In this document: in pieces, positions 1 through 10,800 of the stretch | How the letters are laid out: each line of letters begins with the position of its first letter | Position numbering within the stretch: position 1 is the stretch's first letter | Assembly: GCA_963674705.1 (NCBI GenBank) | Contig: OY771506.1 | Coordinates: 2,528,001 to 2,592,000, forward strand | Reading direction: 5' to 3' | DNA length: 64,000 bases | From: Phycisphaeraceae bacterium | GTDB taxonomy: Bacteria; Planctomycetota; Phycisphaerae; Phycisphaerales; Phycisphaeraceae | The notes under the pieces: model-generated | What the model saw: the letters and a program-made list of their open reading frames with translations, nothing else | Databases searched by the model: none | Told to the model about the DNA's origin: nothing | Translations under genes and position numbers: made by a program

Positions 1-390
1 CCCGCAACCGACGAAGCGACGACCGAATCCCAGGAAGAAGTTTTCACCTTCGACGGCAGGCCGCTTCGCAAAGTCAAACAACTCACCATGCTCACCACCG
101 CCTACAGCCCGGACGAACGCTCCTGCGGCAAGTGGGCCGACGGCTTCACCGCTAGCGGGTACAGCGTCTGGACCAACGGCATGAAACTCGTCGCCGCCGA
201 CACTCGCATCCTCCCCTTCGGCACACTCGTCAGCATCCCCGGCTACAACGGCGGCAAACCCGTCCCCGTCCTCGACCGCGGCGGTAAGATCAAAGGCAAC
301 CGCCTCGACCTGCTATACCCCACCCACGAGTCCGCCTTGAAGTGGGGCGCCCAACGCCTCACCGTCGACGTCTGGGAATACGCAGACTGA
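1..390 (+). CDS. 3D (three-Asp) domain protein, MltA-like peptidoglycan-associated; 5' end lies outside the window
   Basis: Frame 1 is open from base 1. TAYS...TASG...VAADTRILPFGT...DRGGKIKGNRLDLL matches the 3D-domain pattern. Confidence 0.85.
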   Translation, partial: PATDEATTESQEEVFTFDGRPLRKVKQLTMLTTAYSPDERSCGKWADGFTASGYSVWTNGMKLVAADTRILPFGTLVSIPGYNGGKPVPVLDRGGKIKGNRLDLLYPTHESALKWGAQRLTVDVWEYAD

Positions 391-424
391 TCCCACGCAA
401 CCTGCTCTGTTTTCATCTTCTTTA

Positions 425-450
425 TTAGCCGCATTGCAACGCAATGCGGG
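425..450 (+). repeat. REP-like palindrome (TAG + CCGCATTGC-AAC-GCAATGCGG)
   Basis: Perfect 9-bp inverted repeat at 429-449, preceded by TTAG, just after the 3D gene. Confidence 0.55.
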
Positions 451-467
451 CACTCGTTTCTTACGCA

Positions 468-520
468 CATCCCCTCTCCCCGCGGCAGCCCCCGGATGAG
501 TGCAAGGGGGAGGGCCGGAT
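468..520 (-). repeat. CCCTCnCCC..GGGAGAGGG-family REP-like element (reverse orientation, internal insertion)
   Basis: Reverse complement ATCCGGCCCTCCCCCTTGCACTC...CGCGGGGAGAGGGGATG matches the copies at ~11360-11403, 12361-12400 and 24311-24350. Confidence 0.7.
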
Positions 521-668
521 TGCTTACGCATCCAATCACACCTCGCACGCACAATCTCCCACGCAACATCGTTCGCCAATTCCCAACATACCACTTCTAT
601 TCCTCCCCCCAACCAGCTATCATGCACCCAACGTTTCCGGCCCCGTCAATGTTGTCACTATTTGATTC

Positions 669-1604
669 ATGATGTCACCATTAATTGCCTTATCCACGAC
701 GCTCGCACAATTCAATCAACAGCCGTTCCAGCAACCGCAGTTCGAGCCGATGCACCTGGTGGTCCAGTTGCTGCTGCTGTTGTTGATGGGCGCGATCTTC
801 GTCTTCTCCATCGTCGTCATCTGCTACAACGGCCGGGCTATCAAGCGAGTGTGGCGCATCGGCCTGCTGTTCGCTTCTGTCATCTTCCTGCTCAATACCT
901 GCTCGACGATTATCAATCTCTACTTCATGGACATCCAAAGCCTGCCCGGCGTCGGCCAGGCAGACGGCGACCTGGCGCAGGCCGTCTTCTACACCATCAT
1001 GATCTGCGCCGTTGCCGCGGTTCTGTTTATTCAGTTCGCCTGGTACACGCTCGTTTTTACCGCAAGCTTCGGCGAATGGACAAAAGCAGGCTTGCCCGGC
1101 TTTGCCGTACTCATCCCGCGTAAACGCAATATCAAAACCGGCGTCCGCATCGGCGCTATCTTCGGCATCCTCGCCGGCGTCGTCAGCACCGTCATCTTCA
1201 TCTGGCTCAACATCGGCATCGGCCCTATGCTCGCCGAGTTTGAATCGCTGCTCATCAAGATCGAACAACTGCCCTTGCTCTACCGATTGATCGTCTACAG
1301 CATCCTCGTCGTCGGCCCGGCCATCACCGAGGAACTCACCTTCCGCGGCCTCATGCTCGGCTTCTTCATGCGGGTATGTAATAACAACAAACTTCAGATC
1401 GCGTGCGCCTACTTCATCGTCTCCATGCTCTGGGCGTTACTGCACATCCCCAACACCGACATGCCGATCGTCAAGGTCTCGCAGATCTTCCTGATCGGCC
1501 TGGTCCTCTGCGAACTCGCCCGCCGCTTCAGCCTCGAATCCGCCATCGCCGGCCACATCCTGCTCAATCTCTCCGCCGTCGTCTGCTCCGTCTTCTATGA
1601 ATAG
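669..1604 (+). CDS. CPBP (CAAX/Abi) family intramembrane metalloprotease
   Basis: Many hydrophobic segments; motifs TEELTFRG, WALLH and HILLN. Confidence 0.85.
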   Translation: MMSPLIALSTTLAQFNQQPFQQPQFEPMHLVVQLLLLLLMGAIFVFSIVVICYNGRAIKRVWRIGLLFASVIFLLNTCSTIINLYFMDIQSLPGVGQADGDLAQAVFYTIMICAVAAVLFIQFAWYTLVFTASFGEWTKAGLPGFAVLIPRKRNIKTGVRIGAIFGILAGVVSTVIFIWLNIGIGPMLAEFESLLIKIEQLPLLYRLIVYSILVVGPAITEELTFRGLMLGFFMRVCNNNKLQIACAYFIVSMLWALLHIPNTDMPIVKVSQIFLIGLVLCELARRFSLESAIAGHILLNLSAVVCSVFYE

Positions 1605-1712
1605 CACGCCACATTCAGTCCCCAGCTTGCCGGGGGAAACCGAACATTTACTCAAGATCCACGTGTGTTTTTCAAAATCTCCCACAAGCACAATAATCCA
1701 GGTGAGTCACAA

Positions 1713-3122
1713 ATGAAACCATCACGATTCATCATTTATTGTCTGTTCACAAGCCTCATCATTTCAACACCCATCTTTGCCGAACAGACTGATCCCATCT
1801 CACCCAAGGAAGACGGATACCGTGGCATCTGGTTCACGCTCGGTCAACAAAGTGAAGCGTATGGCGACAAGTACGCCGGCGGGCTCGGGACCTACACCGC
1901 CAAGCACATCCCGATCGCTGTTTATGCACCCCGCGCAAACAAGACGTTCTTCGTCTACGGCGGAACCATCAAAGACAAGCAACACCTGCTGATCATGGCA
2001 GGCTACTACGATCACGAACAAGGGGTCGTGCCGCGCCCTACCATCGTTCATGACAAGCAAGGCGTTAAAGACCCGCACGATAACGCCAGCCTCTGCCTGG
2101 ACGATCAAGGTTATATATGGGTCTTTGTCAGCGGGCGCGGCCGGGCAAGACCGGGTTTCAAGTACCGCAGCAACGTGCCATTCAGCATCGATAAGTTCGA
2201 CCTGATCTCTACCGAAGAATTAACCTACCCTCAGCCCTGGTACGTTTCAGGCTCAGGATTCCTGCACCTGTTTACCAAGTACACCAAGGGTAGAGAACTC
2301 TACTGGGAAACCAGTGCGGACGGCGAGTCCTGGTCTGATGACAACAAACTCGCCGGTTTCGGCGGACACTACCAGTCAAGCCGGCAACGTGGTAACCGCA
2401 TCGTGACCGCGTTCAACTACCACCCCAATGGTCAAGTCGATAAACGCACTAACCTCTACTTTCTTCAGACCGAAGACTTCGGCAAAACCTGGACTACCAT
2501 CGAAGGCAAACCCGTAACCACCCCTTTGAATGCAGTTGATAATCCTGCGCTGGTTCGCGATTACGCTGCCGAGGATCTGCTCGTATATATGAAAGACGTC
2601 AACTTCGATGCCGACGGCAACCCCGTCATCCTTTACATCACCAGCCGCAAACACACACCGGGCCCGGAAGGGGACCCACGCTATTGGACCATCGCACACT
2701 GGAACGGATCGCATTGGCAATACAACAGGATCACACGGTCCGACCACAACTACGACATGGGCTCGCTTTACATCGAAGATGATGGCAGTTGGCGCGTGAT
2801 CGGTCCGACCGAAGACGGCCCGCAGGTATACGGCACGGGCGGTGAGATGGCGCTATGGATAAGTGAAGATCAGGGGCAAACCTGGCGAATGGAAAAACGC
2901 ATCACTTCCAACAGCCGCTTCAACCACAGCTACGCGCGACGCCCCGTCTCGGTTCATCCCGACTTCTACGCGCTCTGGGCCGACGGCGACGCGTTTAATC
3001 TGTCTGAATCAAGACTCTACTTCACCAACCGCACCGGTGATGAAGTGTTTATCCTCCCACCGACTATGTCCCATCCCTTCGAGAAACCGATTCCATACCC
3101 GCAACACGCTGAGCAGCAATAA
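1713..3122 (+). CDS. Secreted BNR-4 repeat (sialidase-like beta-propeller) protein
   Basis: Signal peptide from ATG 1713; Asp-boxes SADGESW, TEDFGKTW, SEDQGQTW; DPHDNASL motif. Confidence 0.75.
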   Translation: MKPSRFIIYCLFTSLIISTPIFAEQTDPISPKEDGYRGIWFTLGQQSEAYGDKYAGGLGTYTAKHIPIAVYAPRANKTFFVYGGTIKDKQHLLIMAGYYDHEQGVVPRPTIVHDKQGVKDPHDNASLCLDDQGYIWVFVSGRGRARPGFKYRSNVPFSIDKFDLISTEELTYPQPWYVSGSGFLHLFTKYTKGRELYWETSADGESWSDDNKLAGFGGHYQSSRQRGNRIVTAFNYHPNGQVDKRTNLYFLQTEDFGKTWTTIEGKPVTTPLNAVDNPALVRDYAAEDLLVYMKDVNFDADGNPVILYITSRKHTPGPEGDPRYWTIAHWNGSHWQYNRITRSDHNYDMGSLYIEDDGSWRVIGPTEDGPQVYGTGGEMALWISEDQGQTWRMEKRITSNSRFNHSYARRPVSVHPDFYALWADGDAFNLSESRLYFTNRTGDEVFILPPTMSHPFEKPIPYPQHAEQQ

Positions 3123-3391
3123 GTGCCATCGGATTGGATAACAAACCCTTCAACACACAGCCTCAGGGTTCTCAAACCATCCGGTTGATCTCACCGCATC
3201 GCTAGTATTTTCGGCTTCAAAACCCACCTCACGCCCTTTCAGGCCCGATTATCTCTGTATTCGCCTCGATCAACCCGCTCGTATTGACCCCCCCTTCATT
3301 TGACGGCCTATACTTAACAAGACATGATGGTCCACTTTTAAAATCGTGAACGATACAACTTTACATATACACGGCGGGAAATGAGTACCAC

Positions 3392-5197
3392 TTGCAAAAC
3401 ACAACAGCCAACAGCAGGCGACACGGCCTGTCACTGCCCGTTCAGCAACGGCCCGCCAACGTGCATGCCGCGAACGCGCAAGACATCACGCCACACCCGT
3501 TAGGCAACAAGGCGCGCGTCCTGCTTACCAGCGTCTTCGGCCCTTACGCACAAGACGATGAGTTCGGCAGCCGATCCATCAACCCGATGGAGTTGTACCA
3601 CAACCAGGTCACACGCACGCAAGGCCCGTTTTCGCTGCGCATGTTCCACCGTTCGTGGGGGCTCATGCTCCTGCAAGCCAACATCACCGCGCCCTGCACG
3701 CTGCTCGACTTCCCCACACGCGACCGCTTCGTCGAAGAACTCAGCCAGAACCAATACGATGTCATCGGCATCACCGCGATCATGCCCAACGTCGGCAAGG
3801 TCATCCACATGTGCCGGCTGATCCGCGCTTATCAACCGCAGGCCACCATCCTCATCGGCGGGCACATCGCCAACATGCCTACCCTCGCCGACAAGGTTGA
3901 TGCCGACCACATCGTCCGTGGCGAGGGCGTACGCTGGCTGCGACGCTTCCTGGGTGAACGTGAAGATCAGCCGATCCATCACCCGCACATCCTCTCCGGC
4001 ATCGGTGCGCGGACCATGGGCATCACGCTCCGTGACAAGCCCGGCGACGTCGCCGCGACGGTCATCCCTTCCGTCGGATGCCCCGTCGGCTGCAACTTCT
4101 GCTCCACCAGCGCGATGTTCGGCGGCAAAGGCAGGTTCATCAACTTCTTCGAAACAGGTGATGAACTCTTCGAAGTCATGCAGGACCTCGAACAGAACCT
4201 CAAAATCAATTCGTTCTTCGTCATGGATGAGAACTTCCTGCTGCACCGCAAGCGCGCACTGCGCCTGCTCGAACTGATGGTACAACACGACAAAGCCTGG
4301 TCGCTCTACGTCTTCTCGTCCGCTAACGTTCTCAAGTCCTACAAGATCGAGCAACTCGTCGGCCTCGGGATCTCATGGGTATGGATGGGTCTGGAAGGCA
4401 AGCAAAGCCAGTACGCAAAACTCAGCGGAGCAAACACGATCGAGCTTGTCAAAACCCTGCAATCCCACGGCATCCGCGTCCTCGGCTCCACCATCATCGG
4501 ACTCGAAGAACACACGCCTGACAACCTAGATACCGCGATCGATTACGCCGTCCGCCACGACACCGAGTTCCACCAGTTCATGCTCTATACGCCGATCCCC
4601 GGCACCGCGCTGTGGGAACAGATGAAACAAAGCGGCAGCCTCACCGACCCCGACTGCCACGAAGCCGCCGACGCGCACGGCCAGCTCAAGTTCAACTATC
4701 ATCACCCGCACCTCAAAGACGGCATCGAAACCCAAGCCATCATCAACGCGTTCGACCGTGACTTCGAAGTCAACGGCCCAAGCATCGTCCGCGTCATCCG
4801 CACCACGCTTGCCGGCTACAAACGCTACCGAAAACACGAAGACCCTCGCATCCGCAAACGCTATGCACAAGAAGCCAACGAACTGCCCACCACCCAGGCC
4901 GCCGCGCTCTGGGCTGCAAGAAAGTTCTACCGCAAAAATCCCGCGATACGCCAGCGCATCAACGCCGTCCTAAAAGACCTCTACCAAACCTTCGGCCTAA
5001 AGGCCCGCCTCGCCGCACCCCTCGCAGGACGATACGTCTACAACAAAATCAAGGATGAACAAGCCCGCCTCAAACTCGGCTGGACCTACGAACCGCCCAC
5101 CTTCTACGAACTCGCCCACCAACCCGACCCGACAACAAACAACACCAAAGCCACCACCCCCGCCTGGCTACAACTCACCGCCCCCAGCGCAACATAA
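3392..5197 (+). CDS. Cobalamin-binding radical SAM protein (start uncertain: TTG 3392 or GTG 3461)
   Basis: N-terminal B12-binding-like region (YDVIGIT...ILIGGHIA...VRGEG), CPVGCNFC motif, MDENF, TPIPGTAL. Confidence 0.85.
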   Translation: MQNTTANSRRHGLSLPVQQRPANVHAANAQDITPHPLGNKARVLLTSVFGPYAQDDEFGSRSINPMELYHNQVTRTQGPFSLRMFHRSWGLMLLQANITAPCTLLDFPTRDRFVEELSQNQYDVIGITAIMPNVGKVIHMCRLIRAYQPQATILIGGHIANMPTLADKVDADHIVRGEGVRWLRRFLGEREDQPIHHPHILSGIGARTMGITLRDKPGDVAATVIPSVGCPVGCNFCSTSAMFGGKGRFINFFETGDELFEVMQDLEQNLKINSFFVMDENFLLHRKRALRLLELMVQHDKAWSLYVFSSANVLKSYKIEQLVGLGISWVWMGLEGKQSQYAKLSGANTIELVKTLQSHGIRVLGSTIIGLEEHTPDNLDTAIDYAVRHDTEFHQFMLYTPIPGTALWEQMKQSGSLTDPDCHEAADAHGQLKFNYHHPHLKDGIETQAIINAFDRDFEVNGPSIVRVIRTTLAGYKRYRKHEDPRIRKRYAQEANELPTTQAAALWAARKFYRKNPAIRQRINAVLKDLYQTFGLKARLAAPLAGRYVYNKIKDEQARLKLGWTYEPPTFYELAHQPDPTTNNTKATTPAWLQLTAPSAT

Positions 5198-5283
5198 CCA
5201 CGCACCCACATTAACCTTAAAAGCCCGATCATAGCCCAAAGGGCTGTGGTCGGGGTGCTGTATAGCTTCCTCAAACCTCCCCC

Positions 5284-5305
5284 GTAGGTCCGGGCCCGCC
5301 CGGAC
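5284..5305 (+). repeat. GTAG-type REP palindrome
   Basis: GTAG-GTCCGGGC-CC-GCCCGGAC: GTAG tetranucleotide followed by a perfect 8-bp stem. Confidence 0.65.
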
Positions 5306-5313
5306 AATCATGA

Positions 5314-5610
5314 CTAGCTTTTCTTTCTATTAATCTCATATTCATGTACCGCGGTCTGTAGCCATTGTTCGCAATCTAGCTCTTTAGCTCTTTCTACCAA
5401 CCGATTGTAAACCTGATCGGCTGGAAACTTGGTAAGGGCACTCGGTACATTGTGCAGCAAATGGCTGATCTTGCTTATTGCATCAAAATGCGCCCTTTTT
5501 CTCGCGGCATTGCGGATGTCCAGCAAACCTCTACCGAGAATGTAAAGGACTTTCTTTTTATCTTCAGTCATATGAATGCTCGCCAGGATTTGATTGGTGG
5601 ATAGAACCAC
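5314..5610 (-). CDS. Small hypothetical protein, AT-rich
   Basis: 98-aa ORF, visibly lower GC than its neighbours, fills the gap between convergent genes; no recognised motif. Confidence 0.5.
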   Translation of the reverse strand: MVLSTNQILASIHMTEDKKKVLYILGRGLLDIRNAARKRAHFDAISKISHLLHNVPSALTKFPADQVYNRLVERAKELDCEQWLQTAVHEYEINRKKS

Positions 5611-5693
5611 AAGAGAAGTGTCATAAAAGGTGCCAGAAGTCTACAGCCACACCGACTCTTGGCCCCTTATTCTGAGTGTGTGTCGACACGCCA

Positions 5694-6329
5694 TCACACC
5701 GGCGGAGCGACGTGTTCGATCAGGTCGTCCAGGAGTTCTTCGAGTCCGCCTTCGAGGACGCCGAGGCGGCCGGCGATGGAGATCATGGCCAGGCCGTGCA
5801 GGGCGATCCAGAACCGGCCGGCGCTGGCGCGGGCGGCGCGGTCGAGGTCGATGGGCGGATCGGCGCTGTCGTGCATGCGGCTGCGGACTTTGTCGAAGAG
5901 GTTCTGGAATCCGCCGTGCAGCAGGTCGTGGTCTTCGGCGGCCATGAACTGATCAAACATCAACTTATAAAGATTCGGGTTCTCCAGCGCGAAGTTCAGA
6001 TAAGCTCGGGCGCCGCCGCGCCAGCACTTGCGGGGGCTATCGGGGTCGGTGGTGTCCAGGGTGGAATTGGCATCACAGCCGGTGTGCAGAAGCTGGAAAC
6101 CGCGGCGGACCATCTCGCGGTGCAGGCCGCTCTTGCCGTTGACGTAGGTGTAGAGCGTCATGGCTCCGATACCCAACTGCTCGGCGACGGCCCGCATGGT
6201 CACGGCGTTCAAACCCTTTTTGTGTAAGAGCTTAAGTGCGGCATCCGTGATCAGGTCACGTCGTTGATCACGGCTGGCTTGTTGCCAACGGCGGTTTTCC
6301 GATTGGGCGGTGTTGTTGGGTTTGGGCAT
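5694..6329 (-). CDS. TetR/AcrR family transcriptional regulator
   Basis: N-terminal HTH ITDAALKLLHKKGLNAVTMRAVAEQLGIGAMTLYTY; C-terminal WIALHG (WHG-type); divergent from the RND genes. Confidence 0.92.
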   Translation of the reverse strand: MPKPNNTAQSENRRWQQASRDQRRDLITDAALKLLHKKGLNAVTMRAVAEQLGIGAMTLYTYVNGKSGLHREMVRRGFQLLHTGCDANSTLDTTDPDSPRKCWRGGARAYLNFALENPNLYKLMFDQFMAAEDHDLLHGGFQNLFDKVRSRMHDSADPPIDLDRAARASAGRFWIALHGLAMISIAGRLGVLEGGLEELLDDLIEHVAPPV

Positions 6330-6395
6330 GATGCGGTTAATAACGGACGAATTCGGCTTGACCCGATCTTGCGGGTGTATTAGACTTCCACGATA

Positions 6396-6410
6396 TCGTA
6401 CGATGTACGA
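6396..6410. promoter_or_regulatory. Candidate TetR operator TCGTAC-GAT-GTACGA
   Basis: Perfect 6-3-6 palindrome in the divergent tetR/RND intergenic region. Confidence 0.65.
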
Positions 6411-6446
6411 ACACGCAACCCGCAAACCCCAGAATTTTAGCTGAAT

Positions 6447-7697
6447 ATGCCATCAAAACACTTATATATCTCTATATCGTCGTCCGTCATCGCGGTCTGC
6501 GCGGTGGCCCTGGCCGTGGTGTTGTGGGTGACGATGCCCCAAGCCGGCGGCTCTACACCAGGTGCGGCCCCGGAGCAAACCGGCGGCGGGGCGCATGCGG
6601 GTTTTCCACCAGCAACGGTGCGCACAGGTGTAGCGCGTGTGGAGCATGTGCGCAAACGCGTGTCGGTGATCGGCCGGCTCCGCGAGCTGCGTCGGGCGAC
6701 CGTCGCGGCGGAGGTCGAGGGCAAGGTATTGAAAGTGCCTGTCGAAGAGGGCGACCGGGTCGTGGGCGGCAAGACCGTGCTGGCCGAGATCGACGGCGTG
6801 TGGGTGAAGCAAGATCTCAAGCGGGCCGATGCCAATGTTGCGGCCGCGCAGGCGACGCTCGATCAGTCCAAACTCGACCTGCAATACCTCGATGAGCTGA
6901 ACCGTCAACAATCCGCCAAGCCGAAGGAAGTGCAGGACATGCGGGCGCAGGTCGCGTCCGATGAAGCGAACCTCAGCGCCGCGATCGCCGAGCGTGATCG
7001 TGTTCAGCGTGAAGTGGAACGACTCGTCGTGCTCGCGCCGTTCGATGGCGCGGTGACTATGAAGGAAACCGAAGTCGGCCAATGGGTGCAGCCCGGTGAT
7101 GACATCGTGGAAGTGATCACGTTAGGCGATCTTGATGCGATCGCGGACGTGCCTGAGAAGATGATCGATCACATCAAGGTTGGTGACGTGGCAGTGGTGT
7201 TGGTCGATCCGTTAGGCATCAAGGTGCAAGGCAAGGTGGTGACGATCAACCCGAACGGGCGCAACTCGGCGCGGACGTTCCCGGTGATGATCAGGCTCGA
7301 CGATCAGGGCGGTCGGTTGAAGCCTGGCATGAGCGTGACGATCAGCCTGCCCGTCGGTGAGCCGGGCGACTTCCTGACGGTGCCCGAGGATGCGGTGTTG
7401 TATTCGCTTGAGGATGTAAGCGTGTGGGTTTCGACGCCGGCTGCGGAAGGTTCGCCGATGCCCAGCGCCGCGCAGGTGCCGGTCAAGGTGTTGTTCAACG
7501 AGCAGGGGCGCGTTGCGGTTGAACCGGTCAGTGCATCGGACAGCCAGGTGCTGGTTGACGGCGCGGTGGTTGTGACCGAAGGCGCTGAACGATTGATGCC
7601 GGGCCAACCCCTGATCGATGTCGATAAGCCGCAAGGCCCACCGGCGCAAGAATCAGCAGGAAGCGCTGATGCATCGCAAGCGGCCGAGGGCGCTTGA
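6447..7697 (+). CDS. RND efflux periplasmic adaptor (membrane fusion protein)
   Basis: N-terminal TM anchor; VAAEVEGKV...VEEGDRV lipoyl half; coiled coil; APFDGAV; LKPGMSV. Confidence 0.92.
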   Translation: MPSKHLYISISSSVIAVCAVALAVVLWVTMPQAGGSTPGAAPEQTGGGAHAGFPPATVRTGVARVEHVRKRVSVIGRLRELRRATVAAEVEGKVLKVPVEEGDRVVGGKTVLAEIDGVWVKQDLKRADANVAAAQATLDQSKLDLQYLDELNRQQSAKPKEVQDMRAQVASDEANLSAAIAERDRVQREVERLVVLAPFDGAVTMKETEVGQWVQPGDDIVEVITLGDLDAIADVPEKMIDHIKVGDVAVVLVDPLGIKVQGKVVTINPNGRNSARTFPVMIRLDDQGGRLKPGMSVTISLPVGEPGDFLTVPEDAVLYSLEDVSVWVSTPAAEGSPMPSAAQVPVKVLFNEQGRVAVEPVSASDSQVLVDGAVVVTEGAERLMPGQPLIDVDKPQGPPAQESAGSADASQAAEGA

Positions 7698-7786
7698 TAC
7701 ACCGAGCGATTCCGAGAATTCAAGACAACCGATGCGCGTGTTTACGCGTTAATTCACAGGGTTCTGATGCGTTTTCCTTACGCCAA

Positions 7787-7819
7787 GCCCTGAATCCCGA
7801 ACCCTGAACCCAAGACCCA
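7787..7819 (+). repeat. Degenerate heptamer tandem repeat (CCCTGAA-like)
   Basis: gccctgaatcccgaaccctgaacccaagaccc between the MFP and RND genes. Confidence 0.55.
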
Positions 7820-7825
7820 TAGCTT

Positions 7826-10800
7826 ATGGACATCATCCGATTCGCAATCAGTAATCCGGTGAAGGTATCGGTCAGCGTGCTGCTGCTGATCCTGTTCGGT
7901 TTGCTGTCTTTGTTGTCGATCCCGATCCAGTTGACGCCGAACGTCGACCAGCCGCTATTAACCATCGATACGAGTTGGGTCGGCCGCAGTCCCGACGAGG
8001 TTGAGAGCGAGATCATTCAGGAGCAGGAAGACAAGCTCAAGAGCGTATCGAACCTGCGGAAGATGACGGCGACGGCGAGCACGGGTAACGCGTCGATCGA
8101 GCTGGAGTTCTACGTCGGCACGGACATGAACCGCGCCCGCCAGGAAGTGTCGGACAAGCTGCGTGAGGTGCCGGAGTATCCGGACGATGTGGATGAGCCT
8201 GTGATCGCCAGCGGCGATACGGGGCCGGACCGTGCGATCGCCTGGTTGATCCTAACCAGCAGCGACCCGAACTTCAATGTTCAGGGCATTGGCGAGATGG
8301 TCGAAGACCGCGTGAAGCCTTACCTGGAAACGATCGAAGGCGTGACGCAGGTCAACGTGTACGGCGGATTGAACCGCGAGGTACACATCCAGATCGATCC
8401 GCGCGAGCTGGCGCAGCGCGGCATCACGTTTAACACGTTGCGTAACGCGATCCAGGGCGAGAACGTGAACGTCTCGGCCGGCGATCTTGAAGAGGGCCGG
8501 CTGGATGTGCGTGTGCGGACGGTGGGTCAGTACGACAACACGCAAGACGTATTAGAAACCGTCGTGATGGATACGGACGCAGGTCCGGTGCGCGTCAAGG
8601 ACCTGGGTGACGTGGAAGAAACGCTGGAGAAGCGGCGTTCTTTCGTGCGTTCCAAGGGTTCGGACGCGTTGGCGATCCCCGTATTCCGTGAATCCGGCGC
8701 GAACGTGATGACTGTTATGGCGGAACTGCACACCCGGCTCGATGTGGTGAACGAGCAGATCCTGCCGACGATCGCGCCTAATTTGACGATCGAACAAGTC
8801 TACGACGAGACGTCTTATATCGAGCAGGCCATTCATCTTGTGCAGAACAATCTCTGGCTCGGTGGTTCGCTGGCGGGCCTGGTGTTGTTATTCTTCCTGC
8901 GGACGATCCGGCCGACGATCATCGTGGCGCTTGCTATCCCGATCTCGATCATCGGCACGTTCGTGGTGATGACGGCGGCGGGTCGTAACCTGAACGTGAT
9001 CAGCCTCGCGGGGCTTGCGTTCAGCGTGGGTATGGTGCTGGACGCGGCGATCGTGGTGCTCGAGAATATCGACCGCCACCTGTCGATGGGTAAGCCGGTG
9101 CGTCATGCGGCGTACGATGCGGCGAAGGAAGTGTGGGGCGCGATCCTGGCGTCGACGTTGACGACGGTTGCGGTGTTCGTACCCGTCATCTTCCTGGAAG
9201 AAGAAGCGGGGCAGTTGTTCCGCGACATCGCGATCGCGATCTGCGCGGCGGTGCTGTTGTCACTGGTTGTGTCGGTTACGGTGATCCCGACGGCGGCGGC
9301 GCGCTTCCTTAAACCTCACGACCTGGAAGCGGACAAGAAGTCGTTCAAGTCACGGGCGAAGAACCTGTTCGGCCTGGGCTCGATTTTTGGTTTGATCCCA
9401 CGGGCTTATTCGGGTTTGATCCACGCGATCACGGTGCCGAATGTGTTCGGTGTCTCGGCGCGTTTAGGGATCGTGCTATTGATGACGGGTGTGTCGTTGT
9501 TGGGCGCGTGGTTGTTGATGCCGCCGACCAGTTACCTGCCGAACGGCAACAAGAACCTGGTGTTCGGCATGTTGCTCAAGCCGCCGGGGTACAACATCCA
9601 TCACGTCAGCGAGATGGGCGATCAGATGGAAACCAAGCTGAAGCCTTATTGGGAAGCCAAATCGTATGACGATCTGAAAGACCTGCCGCCCGCGATTCAT
9701 CCGTTTACGCAGCAACCGATCGCTCATGTGCCTCCGGTGGCGAACTTCTTCTTCGTATCGTTCCGGGGCATGGCGTTCTACGGTGCGATGAGCGGTGACG
9801 ATCAGAACGTCGCGCCTGTGGCGGGCTTGCTGATGTCTGCGGCGTCGGGGATGCCGGCAACATTCGGCGTGGCGGCACAACAGGGTTTGTTCGGTCGGGA
9901 CCTGCTCGGTGGTAATACGATCGATGTGGAAGTCACCGGTCAGGATATGGATTCGATCCGTGAAGATGCGGGTGTGTTGTACGGCACGTTCATGGGGATG
10001 TACGGCCAGAACAGCGTGAATCCCGAGCCGATGAACTTCAACCTGCCCAGCCGAGAGGCGCAGGTCAAAGTCGACTATGTCAAAGCAAGCGCGCTGGGTA
10101 TCCAGGCGGGTTCACTTGGTGCGGCGGTGCGCGGCCTGGTTGATGGGTTAACCATCGGCGATTACCGGATGGGTAGCGAGAACGTCGACCTATTGCTGGT
10201 GCGTCATCCTGACCTGCCGTTGGAGACCGAGACGCTGTCGATGATCCCGGTTGCGTACCAGGACAAGGACGGCAACACGGGTGTCGTGCCGTTGTCGCAC
10301 GTGGCGGAAGTGATCCAGACGACATCGCCTCAGGAGATACGCCGGATCGATTATCAACGGGCGGTGACGCTGAACGTGGCGGCGCCGGTAGGGATGCCGC
10401 TTGAGCAATTGACCACGGATGTACAGACCACGATCGACCAACTGCGCGATGGTGGGCAATTGTCGGATAAGACCGAGATCCTTATCTCGGGTACTGCTGA
10501 CAAGTTAACGCAAGTTCGTCACGCATTACTTGGCGAATGGCACGGATTCTCGCTGGCGAGTGCCGAGAGCCTGATCTCCAGCCGGATGTTCCTGGCGCTA
10601 TTGGTGACGTTCCTGCTGATGGCAGCTCTGTTTGAGAGTTACCTGTACCCGTTCGTGATCATGTTCAGCGTGCCGTTGGCGACAGTGGGCGGATTCCTCG
10701 GGCTGGCGGTGATGCGGTTCTTCGATCAGAACCAGCAACTGGATACGCTGACGATGCTTGGGTTCGTGATCCTGATCGGCATCGTGGTGAACAACGCGAT

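Noticed and set aside
5198..5693. Replication origin at the skew switch
   Set aside because: No cluster of DnaA boxes or dnaA/dnaN genes seen; kept only as an unexplained skew observation.
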